Origin: Candidatus Krumholzibacteriota bacterium
GTDB lineage: Bacteria; Krumholzibacteriota; Krumholzibacteriia; Krumholzibacteriales; Krumholzibacteriaceae
Direction of reading: 5' to 3'
Assembly: GCA_016932415.1 (NCBI GenBank)
Contig: JAFGCX010000001.1
Coordinates: 17,934 to 81,933 of the forward strand
DNA length: 64,000 bases
The notes under the pieces: model-generated
What the model was told of the DNA's origin: nothing
Database searches by the model: none
Seen by the model: only the letters and a program-made list of their open reading frames with translations
In this document: one piece after another, positions 37,293 through 47,293 of the stretch
Position numbering within the stretch: position 1 is the first letter of the stretch
Layout: every line of letters starts with the position of its first letter
Made by a program: the position numbers and the translations under genes

Positions 37293-38846
37293 TCACTCCC
37301 ATTCAATAGTACTTGGAGGTTTTGAACTTATATCGTATACGACCCTGTTTACGCCGTCTACCTTGTTGATTATCTCGTTCGAGACGCTCTGCAGAAATTC
37401 ATGCGGCAACTTTGCCCAGTCCGCAGTCATTCCGTCCGTGCTCGTGACGGCTCTTAAAGCGACGGCATTCTGGTAAGTCCTTTCATCCCCCATGACGCCG
37501 ACGCTCTTTACCGGAAGAAATACCGCGAAAGCCTGCCAGACCTCATCGTACAGGCCATCTCGCTTCAGACCGTCAATGAATATCCTGTCGACCTGCCGAA
37601 GGGTCGCGAGATCTTCTCTCCTGATCTCGCCGGGAATCCTCACTGCCAGTCCCGGGCCGGGAAAGGGATGCCTCTTGATCTGGCCGTCAGGAAGCCCAAG
37701 GTATCTTCCCACTTCCCTTACCTCGTCTTTGAAAAGCATCGAAAGCGGTTCTATCAGTTCAAACTCCATATCATCCGGCAACCCTCCGACATTATGGTGC
37801 GACTTGATCGTCTCGGATGGACCCACGGTCGAACGACTCTCGATCACATCGGGATATAAAGTGCCCTGGGCAAGGAATTTGAATGGGCCGTGTATTTTAC
37901 TCTGCTGGTCGAAGATATCGATAAAGCAGTTGCCGATGATCTTCCTTTTTTTCTCAGCGTCAGTTATTCCTTCCAGCCTGCTTAAAAATTCGTCAGAGGC
38001 ATCGACGAAGACAAGGTCCGCCGTCAGGTATCCTGAGAGCAGTTTCTGAACTTCCTCGGCTTCCCTGTCCCTCAGCAGACCGTTGTCTACAAAGACCGGG
38101 CAAAGCTGCCTGCCTATCGCCCTGTCGACGAGGGCTGCCATGACCGAACTGTCGACGCCACCGCTTACCGCGCAAAGCACTCTCGAATCGCCGACTTTTT
38201 CACGGATTTTCGTTATCTCGTAGTCGACATATGATTCAGAGCCCCAGTTCGGGGAACAATGGCATATCCTGAAAAGAAAGTTCCTTATGATCTCCTGTCC
38301 GAAATCGGTATGATAGACTTCCGGATGGAACTGAAGCCCGAATATCATCCCCGATTCATCCTCCATCGCGGCGATCGGGCATCCTTCTGATGAAGCAGTC
38401 GGGGAAAAACCCTCCGGAAGCGTATTTACCCTTACGCCGTGGCTCATCCATACCTTCTGGCTTTCAGGCGTCCCCTGAAAAAGGCTTGACCCGGCTCGGA
38501 CATCTATGACGACAGGCCCGAATTCCCTGTGATCCGATTTTTCAACGACAGCGCCTCTCTCGAGCGATATCAGCTGCATCCCGTAACAGACGCCAAGGAC
38601 GGGGATATTGAGAGAATAAATATCAGCTTTCAGTCCTGGAGCGTCTTTGTCGGCAACGTTGGCAGGCCCCCCCGACAGGATTATTCCCGCCGGTTTTTCC
38701 GACCTGATCTCATCAATCGTCGCCGAGTTCGGCAGAATCCTCGAAAAGACATTCTCAGACCGGATCTTCCTTGCGATCAGCTGAGTATACTGCGAACCGA
38801 AATCAAGTATGACGATCGATTCTCCGCTCCAGTCCGTTTTGTCCAA
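37293..38846 (-). CDS. guaA: GMP synthase (glutamine-hydrolysing)
   Basis: LDFGSQYTQLIAR, GVCYGMQ, QFHPEV, SGGVDS, IKSHHNVGG, KPPSTIEWE. Confidence 0.97.
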   Translation of the reverse strand: MDKTDWSGESIVILDFGSQYTQLIARKIRSENVFSRILPNSATIDEIRSEKPAGIILSGGPANVADKDAPGLKADIYSLNIPVLGVCYGMQLISLERGAVVEKSDHREFGPVVIDVRAGSSLFQGTPESQKVWMSHGVRVNTLPEGFSPTASSEGCPIAAMEDESGMIFGLQFHPEVYHTDFGQEIIRNFLFRICHCSPNWGSESYVDYEITKIREKVGDSRVLCAVSGGVDSSVMAALVDRAIGRQLCPVFVDNGLLRDREAEEVQKLLSGYLTADLVFVDASDEFLSRLEGITDAEKKRKIIGNCFIDIFDQQSKIHGPFKFLAQGTLYPDVIESRSTVGPSETIKSHHNVGGLPDDMEFELIEPLSMLFKDEVREVGRYLGLPDGQIKRHPFPGPGLAVRIPGEIRREDLATLRQVDRIFIDGLKRDGLYDEVWQAFAVFLPVKSVGVMGDERTYQNAVALRAVTSTDGMTADWAKLPHEFLQSVSNEIINKVDGVNRVVYDISSKPPSTIEWE

Positions 38847-38855
38847 ATCATGCTC

Positions 38856-40418
38856 CTAATGTCTGAAATGTCTTCTTCCGGTAATGACCATAGCTATACC
38901 GAGTTTCTCGGCAGCCTTGATCACTTCATCATCCCTTATCGATCCACCCGGTTGAATGATCGATGTCACTCCCGCTTCGGCAAGCTGCTCTACTCCATCC
39001 GGAAAGGGGAAAAAGGCGTCCGACCCGGCTGATGTACCCGCAATCTCCATCCCTTCCCTTCGGGCCTTGTCAACCGCGATCCTGCACGAATCTATCCTGC
39101 TCATCTGCCCGGCGCCGACCCCGACAGTCCCTTCCCTGTCGCAGATAACTATCCCGTTGGATTTCAGGTGCTTGACTATCTTCCATGAGAGGATCAGTGC
39201 CTTTTTCTCGTTGTCAGTGGGTTTTCTTGATGTAACGTATTTCATGTCATCGAGTTCGGGAAAACCAGAGTCGCTTCTCTGGACAAGCAACATATCTCCC
39301 GCTTCCCGGCTTGTCCATCCGCCGGTTTCTCTCTCCCACTCAGGCTCGGGAACCGTTATGAGACGCAGGTTTTTCTTCTTTTTCAATCCCTCAAGAGCGC
39401 TGTCGGTGAACCCCTTGGCAAGTATCACTTCGACAAAACCGTCTTTTGACGCGGCAGCGAGATCTTCGTCTACAACTCCGTTGACCGATACGATCGAACC
39501 AAAAGCTGAAAGGGGATCGGTCTTTCTCGCCCTGATAAAACTTTCGTAAACGGAATCGCAGACGGCGGCGCCGCATGGATTCATATGTTTCAGGACGGCG
39601 CAGGAGTTTATTCCAAGGTCGACGCTGAGCAGAAAGGCGGCCCACATATCCTGGATGTTGTTAAAGGATAGTTCCTTTCCCTGATGCTGGACAAAGCGGT
39701 GAAACTCTCCCTTCGGGTTGTCCGACAGATATAATCCGGCAGGCTGGTGCGGATTCTCTCCATACCTCAGATCGTTTATCTTTGTGTACACGGAGGTTAT
39801 CTGCCCGGGAAGCGACCCTTCAGGTTCCAGACCATCGAAGAATGCAGATATTGCCGCGTCGTACGAAGCGGTATGGTGAAAAGCCTTCGAGGCGAGGCCT
39901 CTTCGCAGGTCAAGAGGCAAGGTGCCGTCATTTTTATCAAGCTGTCGGAGGATCTCACCATAGTCGGACGGATCGACGACGACCGCGACTGAATGGTAGT
40001 TCTTTCCCGCCGAACGTATCAGCGTAGGTCCCCCTATGTCGATCTGTTCGACGATCTCCTTTTCGCCAAGAGCGGGGTCGGAAACCGCCTCCCTGAACCG
40101 GTAGAGATTCACCACTACGAGATCTATAAGTGATATCTCAAGCTCCTTCGCCTGGCTGAGATGTGCATCCTTTTCCCGGTCGGCAAGGATCCCTCCGTGG
40201 ATCTTCGGATGAAGAGTCTTGACACGGCCATCCATGCATTCGGGAAATCCCGTCAGATCGCTGACCCCAACTACATCTATACCTGCTTTCCTGATGATCC
40301 CGGCAGTTCCTCCCGACGCGATTATTTCGATCCCCCTGTCGCTCAGACTCTTCGCGAACGATTCGATTCCAGTCTTGTCGGTAACGCTGATCAGTGCCCG
40401 TCTGATTTTTCCGGTCAT
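38856..40418 (-). CDS. purH: Bifunctional AICAR transformylase / IMP cyclohydrolase
   Basis: ALISVTDK, GRVKTLHP, IDIGGP, LRYGENPHQ, KHMNPCG, SDAFFPF, RHFRH. Confidence 0.97.
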   Translation of the reverse strand: MTGKIRRALISVTDKTGIESFAKSLSDRGIEIIASGGTAGIIRKAGIDVVGVSDLTGFPECMDGRVKTLHPKIHGGILADREKDAHLSQAKELEISLIDLVVVNLYRFREAVSDPALGEKEIVEQIDIGGPTLIRSAGKNYHSVAVVVDPSDYGEILRQLDKNDGTLPLDLRRGLASKAFHHTASYDAAISAFFDGLEPEGSLPGQITSVYTKINDLRYGENPHQPAGLYLSDNPKGEFHRFVQHQGKELSFNNIQDMWAAFLLSVDLGINSCAVLKHMNPCGAAVCDSVYESFIRARKTDPLSAFGSIVSVNGVVDEDLAAASKDGFVEVILAKGFTDSALEGLKKKKNLRLITVPEPEWERETGGWTSREAGDMLLVQRSDSGFPELDDMKYVTSRKPTDNEKKALILSWKIVKHLKSNGIVICDREGTVGVGAGQMSRIDSCRIAVDKARREGMEIAGTSAGSDAFFPFPDGVEQLAEAGVTSIIQPGGSIRDDEVIKAAEKLGIAMVITGRRHFRH

Positions 40419-41326
40419 TAGAAATACCTTTCGATATTCATGTCGGGAAAGAGATTCTTGACAGCCATTTTGTAACGTTCTGAAGTCTTTTGTACTATAT
40501 CGACAGGCAGTTCCGGAGCAGGCGGTTCATGATCCCATCCGCTCTCGTCGAGCCAGTCCCTGACGAACTGCTTGTCCAGGCTTCTCTGCTGCCTCCCGGG
40601 CTCATATTCTTCTTTCAGCCAGAACCTCGAAGAATCGGGAGTAAGTACTTCATCGATTATCACGATCTGGTTCCCTACATATCCGAATTCAAATTTTGTG
40701 TCGGCGATTATTATCCCGTTTTCGGCGGCGAAAGCGCTTGCCTTTTTGTAGATATCGAGGCTTAAATCTTTAAGCTTGATGACAGCTTCCTCTCCGACTA
40801 TCGCGGCGGCCTTTTCGATGGAGATATTCTCGTCGTGGCCTGAGTCAGCTTTGGTCGATGGGGTAAAGATTGGTTCGGGAAGCTTCTCTGAAAGCTTTAA
40901 TCCATCAGGCAGCCTGATTCCGCAGACCTCGCCTGTAGCTGAATATTCCTTCCAGCCGGAACCTGATATATATCCCCGCACTATACATTCGAGGTCTATC
41001 CTTTTTGCTTTTTTCACGAGCATCGAGCGGCCTCCGAGCTCACTCTCGAATCGATTGAATGGATCAGGATATTCTGACACGTCGACTGATATCATGTGGT
41101 TTGGAAGGTCCCTGAACCAGTCGAACCACGCCGCCGATATCATGTTCAGCACGGCTCCCTTTCCCGGGATCGGCGTCGGCAGGATCGAGTCGTACGCCGA
41201 TATCCTGTCCGATGCTACTATGATAAGCCTGTCGCCGAGATCGAATATATCACGGACTTTCCCCCTGTATTCAGGCTCGATTTCGTGGAACTCCACCTTT
41301 TTACCTTTGTATTTTTCGTCATTCAT
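40418..41326 (-). CDS. purC: SAICAR synthase
   Basis: GKVRD, SDRISAYD, ECIVRGY, FTPSTKA..GHDENI, ADTKFEFG, DEVLTPDSSRFW. Confidence 0.96.
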   Translation of the reverse strand: MNDEKYKGKKVEFHEIEPEYRGKVRDIFDLGDRLIIVASDRISAYDSILPTPIPGKGAVLNMISAAWFDWFRDLPNHMISVDVSEYPDPFNRFESELGGRSMLVKKAKRIDLECIVRGYISGSGWKEYSATGEVCGIRLPDGLKLSEKLPEPIFTPSTKADSGHDENISIEKAAAIVGEEAVIKLKDLSLDIYKKASAFAAENGIIIADTKFEFGYVGNQIVIIDEVLTPDSSRFWLKEEYEPGRQQRSLDKQFVRDWLDESGWDHEPPAPELPVDIVQKTSERYKMAVKNLFPDMNIERYF

Positions 41327-41942
41327 CTTTGATTATCACTTTCCTTCCATCGATTCTGATCCTGCCCTCAGCGAATGCTTTGACCGCTTCCGAATAGGCT
41401 AAGTGTTCCTGCGCGAGGATCCTTTCGCTCAGGGATTCACCTGTATCGCTTTCAAGTACCGGAACAGTCTTCTGAAAAATTATAGGTCCGGTATCGACAC
41501 CCTTGTCGACAAAATGGACCGTACAGCCGCTTACCTTAACCCCATATTCGATCGCCTGCTTTTGTCCATCGAGACCTTTGAAACTGGGCAATATCGAAGG
41601 ATGGATATTGAGCATCCTGCCGGAGTATTCATCTAGCAGCTTCCCCTTGACGATCCTCATGAATCCCGCGAGGCAGATCAGTCCAACTCCACGTTCATCG
41701 CAGAGCCTGAAGATCGTCTCGCTGCTTTCCCGGCTCATTGATCCCCTGCTACTCCCGCAATTGACAGTTTCAGAGTCGATTGCGAACCTTTCAGCAATCG
41801 CCATAGCTCCGGCATCGGCATTGTCCACAATCAGCAGAGCTATCACCGCTGGAAAATCCGGTGACTGGCATGAAGTCGCCAGGGCTTCGAAATTGCTTCC
41901 TCTTCCCGATGCCATCACTGCTATCTTCAATTTTTCAGCCAT
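41319..41942 (-). CDS. purN: Phosphoribosylglycinamide formyltransferase
   Basis: SGRGSN, LAGFMR, NIHPS.LP.F.G, GCTVHFV...VDTGPII. Confidence 0.96.
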   Translation of the reverse strand: MAEKLKIAVMASGRGSNFEALATSCQSPDFPAVIALLIVDNADAGAMAIAERFAIDSETVNCGSSRGSMSRESSETIFRLCDERGVGLICLAGFMRIVKGKLLDEYSGRMLNIHPSILPSFKGLDGQKQAIEYGVKVSGCTVHFVDKGVDTGPIIFQKTVPVLESDTGESLSERILAQEHLAYSEAVKAFAEGRIRIDGRKVIIKDE

Positions 41943-42027
41943 ATTCCCACCTTCGGCATCCGCGGAATAAGCGATCGGGACGTCATAAATTTAAAAAAAG
42001 GCCAGCTGGCCGGTTAAACACAGTTGC

Positions 42028-42056
42028 ATATTATCCCGCCTTCCATTTCAAGTCAA
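42028..42056 (-). promoter_or_regulatory. sigma-70-type promoter of purN-purC-purH-guaA
   Basis: TTGACT-N17-TAATAT with an AT-rich upstream region. Confidence 0.6.
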
Positions 42057-42158
42057 GAATCTATATTTTAATTATTCGGCGAGTATCATTCAGAACAGCT
42101 TAATATAATAGTTTATGTTATTACTTTAATATCTTGTCATAAATAATATTATAAGGTT

Positions 42159-43976
42159 TTATTGTTTAATGCTGAACGATATCCCCGAATCCTCTACTGA
42201 AAGCCTCTCTCCTTTTTTCAGTGGAAACAAAGAAGGCGGCGCTATCTCGATCATGGCGTTATTCCCCCTTAGAACAATGAAAGAATCGACTGCGGAGACC
42301 TTCAGGTCTTCTTTCGACCCCTTTCGCGTCATAGGCCTGATCGTCCCTTCCAAATATGGACTGCAGAATATCTCCCGAACCTTCATCCTGCGAAGAAGCA
42401 GATCCAATCCCCGCGGATCTGCCAGTGATCCGGGTGTATATATTACGATATCAATCGCCGGCACCCCCCTTTTCCATAGATCTGTCATATAGCGCTCGGC
42501 TGAGCGGAATGTGATCTTTTTTTCAATGATGATCATCCTCTTTTCTCCGAAACACTCGATCACTCCATCATCTGCTTTGACCAGCGAGGATCCTCCATGG
42601 GATGATGAGAGCGGGTTTATGGCCCTGCCTCCCATCGCTCCGGCTGCCACAGAGAAAGTGAAAGAGAAGATCGAGAGGATAACGATCCCCTTTTTTCCGC
42701 CTGATCTCTTTTTCAATGAAAGGATCAGAAAAATCACTCCCGCGGCAAAGGTGGAGGGCTCGATGCTTCCTCTGATAATCGCGTGGCGCCCAACGCTGGA
42801 TAGAAAAGAGGGCGTCTCGGTCATTATCCTGGAAAGGTATCCGATCAGAGGCACAACCGTATACCGGGAAAGGGCCGGAGGCAGAATTATGAGAAGAAGC
42901 CCCAGGTGCAATATTGCCGTTACGGGAAGGATTAGGAGAAGATTCGCCGCGACGGATATCAAGGGGATTCTTCCGAAATATTCAAGTATCAATGGAAGGG
43001 TAAATATCTGTATCGAAATCGTGATCGTCACTGCCGAAAACAGATATTTTATACAGTTCTTTTTCATTACCGCGGGAAGATATCTTTCAGTGATCTGCAG
43101 CGCCGGAAAAGCGATAAATGCTATAGCCGATACGGCCATAAAGGAAAGCTGGTATCCCGTGCTCAGTATCAATTCCGGTTTTACCGTTAAAAGCAGAAAA
43201 GACCCTGTTATCAGGGCATCGTCGAGAGTGCATTTGATCCCTGAATATCTGAATATCCTGAAAGAAGCGAACAGCGAGAAGGCTCTGAGAAGCGAATGCG
43301 GACAGCCAGCAAGGACAACGTAAGCGGCCAGAGCGGTGAAAAGGGCAATTTCCCTGGCCGGCCTCGACCTGAGACAGATCCTCAGGATAAATGAGAAGGA
43401 GATCGTGATGATACCGAGATGCAGTCCACTCAAAGCGAGAAAATGCGATATCCCGATGAACCGGTATTCCTCCAGCAGACTGTATTCGACAGCTCTTCTC
43501 TCAGCAAGAAGAAGGGTTCTCAGCAACTGCCTCGCTTTTGTGTCCAGGTGAGGATGATCGATCCTTCCGCTTAAAATTTTTCTTGCGCGGGATATCGATC
43601 GCTCGATCCCGCTGAGTGTTCCGGCATTCTCCAACCATCCATCGGTATCTTTCGATCCCGCTGCCTCAATGACTTTATCGGCCCTGAATGTTTCTTCCGG
43701 TCTCGTATGCCCCGCGGCGGAAAAGAGCGATATGGTATCAGAAGCTGAAAAGACTATCAGTGATGTGGATGATATGATTATAAAATCTCTCGCGAGCCTC
43801 GTCCTGATACCGACTGGTCCCGCCGCCGCGTCGATGGCAAAGAGGATATCTGTAAAAGGCTTTTTCCTGAATTGATCGATTACTAGTAAAACTGAAAAGT
43901 AAAATGCTGATAACGCGCTGCCGGAAAAAAAGATACCGGCAATAAAAAATACGGCCCACCACCTTACCATCTTCAT
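42159..43976 (-). CDS. comEC: ComEC/Rec2 family DNA-uptake membrane protein (divergent)
   Basis: GISHFLALSGLH, S.LRA, GYQLSF.A, AANLL..P; degenerate C-terminal MBL-like region. Confidence 0.75.
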   Translation of the reverse strand: MKMVRWWAVFFIAGIFFSGSALSAFYFSVLLVIDQFRKKPFTDILFAIDAAAGPVGIRTRLARDFIIISSTSLIVFSASDTISLFSAAGHTRPEETFRADKVIEAAGSKDTDGWLENAGTLSGIERSISRARKILSGRIDHPHLDTKARQLLRTLLLAERRAVEYSLLEEYRFIGISHFLALSGLHLGIITISFSFILRICLRSRPAREIALFTALAAYVVLAGCPHSLLRAFSLFASFRIFRYSGIKCTLDDALITGSFLLLTVKPELILSTGYQLSFMAVSAIAFIAFPALQITERYLPAVMKKNCIKYLFSAVTITISIQIFTLPLILEYFGRIPLISVAANLLLILPVTAILHLGLLLIILPPALSRYTVVPLIGYLSRIMTETPSFLSSVGRHAIIRGSIEPSTFAAGVIFLILSLKKRSGGKKGIVILSIFSFTFSVAAGAMGGRAINPLSSSHGGSSLVKADDGVIECFGEKRMIIIEKKITFRSAERYMTDLWKRGVPAIDIVIYTPGSLADPRGLDLLLRRMKVREIFCSPYLEGTIRPMTRKGSKEDLKVSAVDSFIVLRGNNAMIEIAPPSLFPLKKGERLSVEDSGISFSIKQ

Positions 43977-44020
43977 CCTCCCCGGCCATATCCAGACAGT
44001 TTTTTGTTCTTAAGATTCTT

Positions 44021-45355
44021 CTAGTCCCTTTCCGTGTCTCCCCTGTAAAACCTTATCATATTCTTACCCAGTTGCTTTGCTTCAAGAAGCATCTGATCGG
44101 CTTTCCTGAAGAGTTCTTTCTCGTTTTCGGCATCCCTGGGATATACGCAACCGCCTATCGAAAGAGTTATCTTTACGGCTGATCCGTCTTCAAGCTTCAT
44201 CCTCGTCTTTTCGATGACCTCCCTTATCCTTTCAGCGGTCCTTTCCGCGGCTTCCATGTCAGCGCCAGGAAGAAGGGCGACAAACTCTTCTCCGCCGAAT
44301 CTGAAGAAAAGGTCGATTTTTCTAAGATGCCCTCGAACCGTCGTGGCGACTGTCTTCAATACCCGGTCTCCGATATCGTGCCCGTATAGATCGTTGAAAC
44401 GCTTGAAATCATCAATATCCATGATAAGGAATCCGAGTGATTTTCTGTTTCGGGACGCTCTTTCCATCTCGAGCGAGAGCTGCGACTCATAGAAATTGCG
44501 GTTATATACTCCTGTCAGCCTGTCTATCGAGACTCTTTCCTCAAGATGATTGTTGTTTTCGATCAATTTTACTATACTCCGGCCAAGGAGGTAGCAGTTA
44601 TACAGGCTTTCATTTCCGGGATATTCCCTTCCATGGACATCCAGCTGCATCAGGCCGAATCTTCTTCCGCCCCTCTGGAGGGGGATCAGTACGATATAGA
44701 TCGATTGGGGATCGGTCTTGAAAAGGTTCTTTTCAGGAGTGATCTCCTCCTTTTTTACTTCCGTGTGTATCCTTCCATTATTCACCGCTCTTCTGTACGG
44801 TGAATCGGATACCAGTTTGTTCCATGATACCAGCCGGATACTGTCGCTTTCCCGGAGACCTGATTTGGATGATTGATCGAATATGGCGATGCGGGCGTTC
44901 AGATCGCTTCTTATGCCTTTTACCATATCGAGAAGGCTTTCCACCCGTTCACTGAGGGTACCGCCTGATTCATCAAGTGACATGGAGGATATTATACCCT
45001 CAAAGACTGAAGAGACTATGCCCTTTTCCGGTTTTTCGGCCACCGCGTCGAGCGAGACCCATTCAGTCTCAGCCATTTCAAGAGTATACCTTGCTTTCCC
45101 GTCTTTCCGGATATACGACAGGGTTACTCTGCCGCTATCGTGATGAGGCCTGTCTCTCGAGAAATCACCGAGAAGGACAAGCTCTTCCATCGCGAGGAAA
45201 GCCTCCTTTATCATCTTTGACCTGTCATTGCTGGTCAGGGCGTCGAGTATCCCTTCTATCCTGTTCGAGGACAGAAGATACCTCGGGATAAGACTGGCAA
45301 GAAGATACTGATAATCTTTTTCAAAACGAGGATGCATTATTCTACTCGCAAGCAC
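44021..45355 (-). CDS. Diguanylate cyclase (GAF-like + GGDEF)
   Basis: DRLTGVYNR, DIDDFKRFND.YGH..GD, I-site RKID, RFGGEEF, AD..L..AK..GKN. Confidence 0.9.
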   Translation of the reverse strand: MLASRIMHPRFEKDYQYLLASLIPRYLLSSNRIEGILDALTSNDRSKMIKEAFLAMEELVLLGDFSRDRPHHDSGRVTLSYIRKDGKARYTLEMAETEWVSLDAVAEKPEKGIVSSVFEGIISSMSLDESGGTLSERVESLLDMVKGIRSDLNARIAIFDQSSKSGLRESDSIRLVSWNKLVSDSPYRRAVNNGRIHTEVKKEEITPEKNLFKTDPQSIYIVLIPLQRGGRRFGLMQLDVHGREYPGNESLYNCYLLGRSIVKLIENNNHLEERVSIDRLTGVYNRNFYESQLSLEMERASRNRKSLGFLIMDIDDFKRFNDLYGHDIGDRVLKTVATTVRGHLRKIDLFFRFGGEEFVALLPGADMEAAERTAERIREVIEKTRMKLEDGSAVKITLSIGGCVYPRDAENEKELFRKADQMLLEAKQLGKNMIRFYRGDTERD

Positions 45356-45487
45356 TGATGTTTTAGCTAACGTATCCTTTGTTTATTATATCATTAAATC
45401 TGACGTTTTTCCAAGAATATCGAAGACCTTTACTTGAATAATACCGGGATATTGGATATATTCCCCAATAAAGGTGAGGAATCTATT

Positions 45488-47293
45488 ATGAGAATTTCGA
45501 TATTTTTACTGATTTCAATCTCGGTGATCACGCTTTCGGGCTGTTTCTGGTCGAAAAATGTTGACAATATACAGGTTACGGATTATCCAACAGCTCTTAC
45601 AGGGGAAGACCTGTATCTTCTCTACCCCCGCCTGATCCTTCTCCACGAACAACTTGATGAGGCTAACGCCTACTATTATCTGGGCGATATTGAAAACGCG
45701 GTCATACAGAGCGATTTTCTGCTGGATAAGATCGACGCGATGAAAGCCGAATCGCCTGTCCCGTTCTTGTGCAGCCACCTCGATTCACTGGAAACAATAA
45801 TTTACTACCTGAAGGAAAAGATAATAGAGGAAGATGATATCAGGGAGTGGCAATCTCATATCTCATCCGCTTTTGATTCAATAGGAGAAAATCATGTTGT
45901 CGAGGAAGAAATCGAGATCGTCTATAACTGGAGGACTGATCACTGGATAAAATATTTCACCGGAAAGGGACGCAAACATTACAAAAAATGGCTCGATCGC
46001 TCGGAAAAATACAGGGATATTATCGAGCCGATCCTTGTAAAAAATGAAGTGCCCCGTGATCTGCTCTTCCTTGCGATTATCGAAAGCGGGCTTAATCTCG
46101 ACGCGAGATCGAATGTAAAAGCGACAGGCCCGTGGCAGTTTATGGCTGGAACCGGAAGATTATTCAATCTGAGGATCAACTGGTGGATCGATGAGAGAAA
46201 AGATATCGTCGCTTCTACTTACGCGGCTGCTCATTATCTCAAATACCTTCACAATCTGTTCGGAAACTGGCAGCTCGCTCTGGCGGCCTACAACTCTGGC
46301 GAATACAGGGTCGCGCACGCGATCTCAAGCCAGAAGACCCGCGACTACTGGCAACTGAGGTTACCCAGCCAGACAAAATGGTTCGTACCGAAGTTTATGG
46401 CCGCCCTGGCTATCGGACGAAATCCTGAAAATTTCGGTTTCGATAAGCCTCAATCGGCACCCCTCGAGTTTGACATGATCACCCTGGACAGGTCGACCGA
46501 TCTCAGGATCATAGCTTCAGCTGCCGGCAGTACTTTGACCGCCATCAAGAATCTTAACCCCGCGCTAAAACGCTGGGCGACTCCACCAGGGATGACTATT
46601 GAACTCAAGGTCCCTCCCGGAACCGGTGACAGAGTCCTTGAAAAGATAAATTCGATCCCTCCGGAAGAGAGGGTCTCCTGGTTGAGGCACAAGATAAAAA
46701 GCGGGGAGACACTTTCATATATCGCTTCGAAATACGAGATATCGCAGAAAGAGCTTAAAAGGATAAACGGAATAGAGAATGTCCACAAAATCAGGGTGGG
46801 ACAGATGCTGATGATACCGACGCGCGATGACGATCCAGCCGTCTCCGACTCGTCGGATCCAAAATATATGGATCCACCAGATCTGCCTTCGAAGATCAGG
46901 ATGAAAAGATATGAACCTCCCGCCGGAAAGACAAAGATCGTCTATACGGTAAAAGACAGGGATACTCTCAGTGAGATCGCTGAAAAATACAACGTCGGGC
47001 TGAGCAGGATCAGAAGATGGAATAACCTTCAGTACAGATCGATGATCCACCCCGGCGATAACCTCGTCATCTATGTCGACCCTGATTCCGGGTTTGACAG
47101 TTTTGCTGCCAACACGACAGATACGAACGGAAAAAGAGAACATATTCATATCGTTAAAAGGGGAGAGACACTCTCTTCTATCTGCAATGTCTACAAGATC
47201 CGTCTTTCCGATATTCTTTCGTGGAATCACATGATAAACAAGGACAGGCTGTATCCGGGGGAAAAGATCAGGATGTGGCTGCCGGCTGAATGA
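45488..47293 (+). CDS. mltD: Membrane-bound lytic murein transglycosylase D-like lipoprotein (SLT + 3 LysM)
   Basis: Lipobox LSGC, IIES, GPWQFM, LAAYNSGE, three LysM repeats (GETLSYIA, DTLSEIA, GETLSSI). ATG 45488 has SD GAGGA. Confidence 0.88.
   Translation: MRISIFLLISISVITLSGCFWSKNVDNIQVTDYPTALTGEDLYLLYPRLILLHEQLDEANAYYYLGDIENAVIQSDFLLDKIDAMKAESPVPFLCSHLDSLETIIYYLKEKIIEEDDIREWQSHISSAFDSIGENHVVEEEIEIVYNWRTDHWIKYFTGKGRKHYKKWLDRSEKYRDIIEPILVKNEVPRDLLFLAIIESGLNLDARSNVKATGPWQFMAGTGRLFNLRINWWIDERKDIVASTYAAAHYLKYLHNLFGNWQLALAAYNSGEYRVAHAISSQKTRDYWQLRLPSQTKWFVPKFMAALAIGRNPENFGFDKPQSAPLEFDMITLDRSTDLRIIASAAGSTLTAIKNLNPALKRWATPPGMTIELKVPPGTGDRVLEKINSIPPEERVSWLRHKIKSGETLSYIASKYEISQKELKRINGIENVHKIRVGQMLMIPTRDDDPAVSDSSDPKYMDPPDLPSKIRMKRYEPPAGKTKIVYTVKDRDTLSEIAEKYNVGLSRIRRWNNLQYRSMIHPGDNLVIYVDPDSGFDSFAANTTDTNGKREHIHIVKRGETLSSICNVYKIRLSDILSWNHMINKDRLYPGEKIRMWLPAE

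Noticed and set aside
42095..42125. AT-rich TAATATAATAGTTTATGTTATT resembling a dif site
   Set aside because: The XerD-like arm is imperfect, and the XerC arm and 6-bp spacer do not align; more likely an AT-rich UP region.
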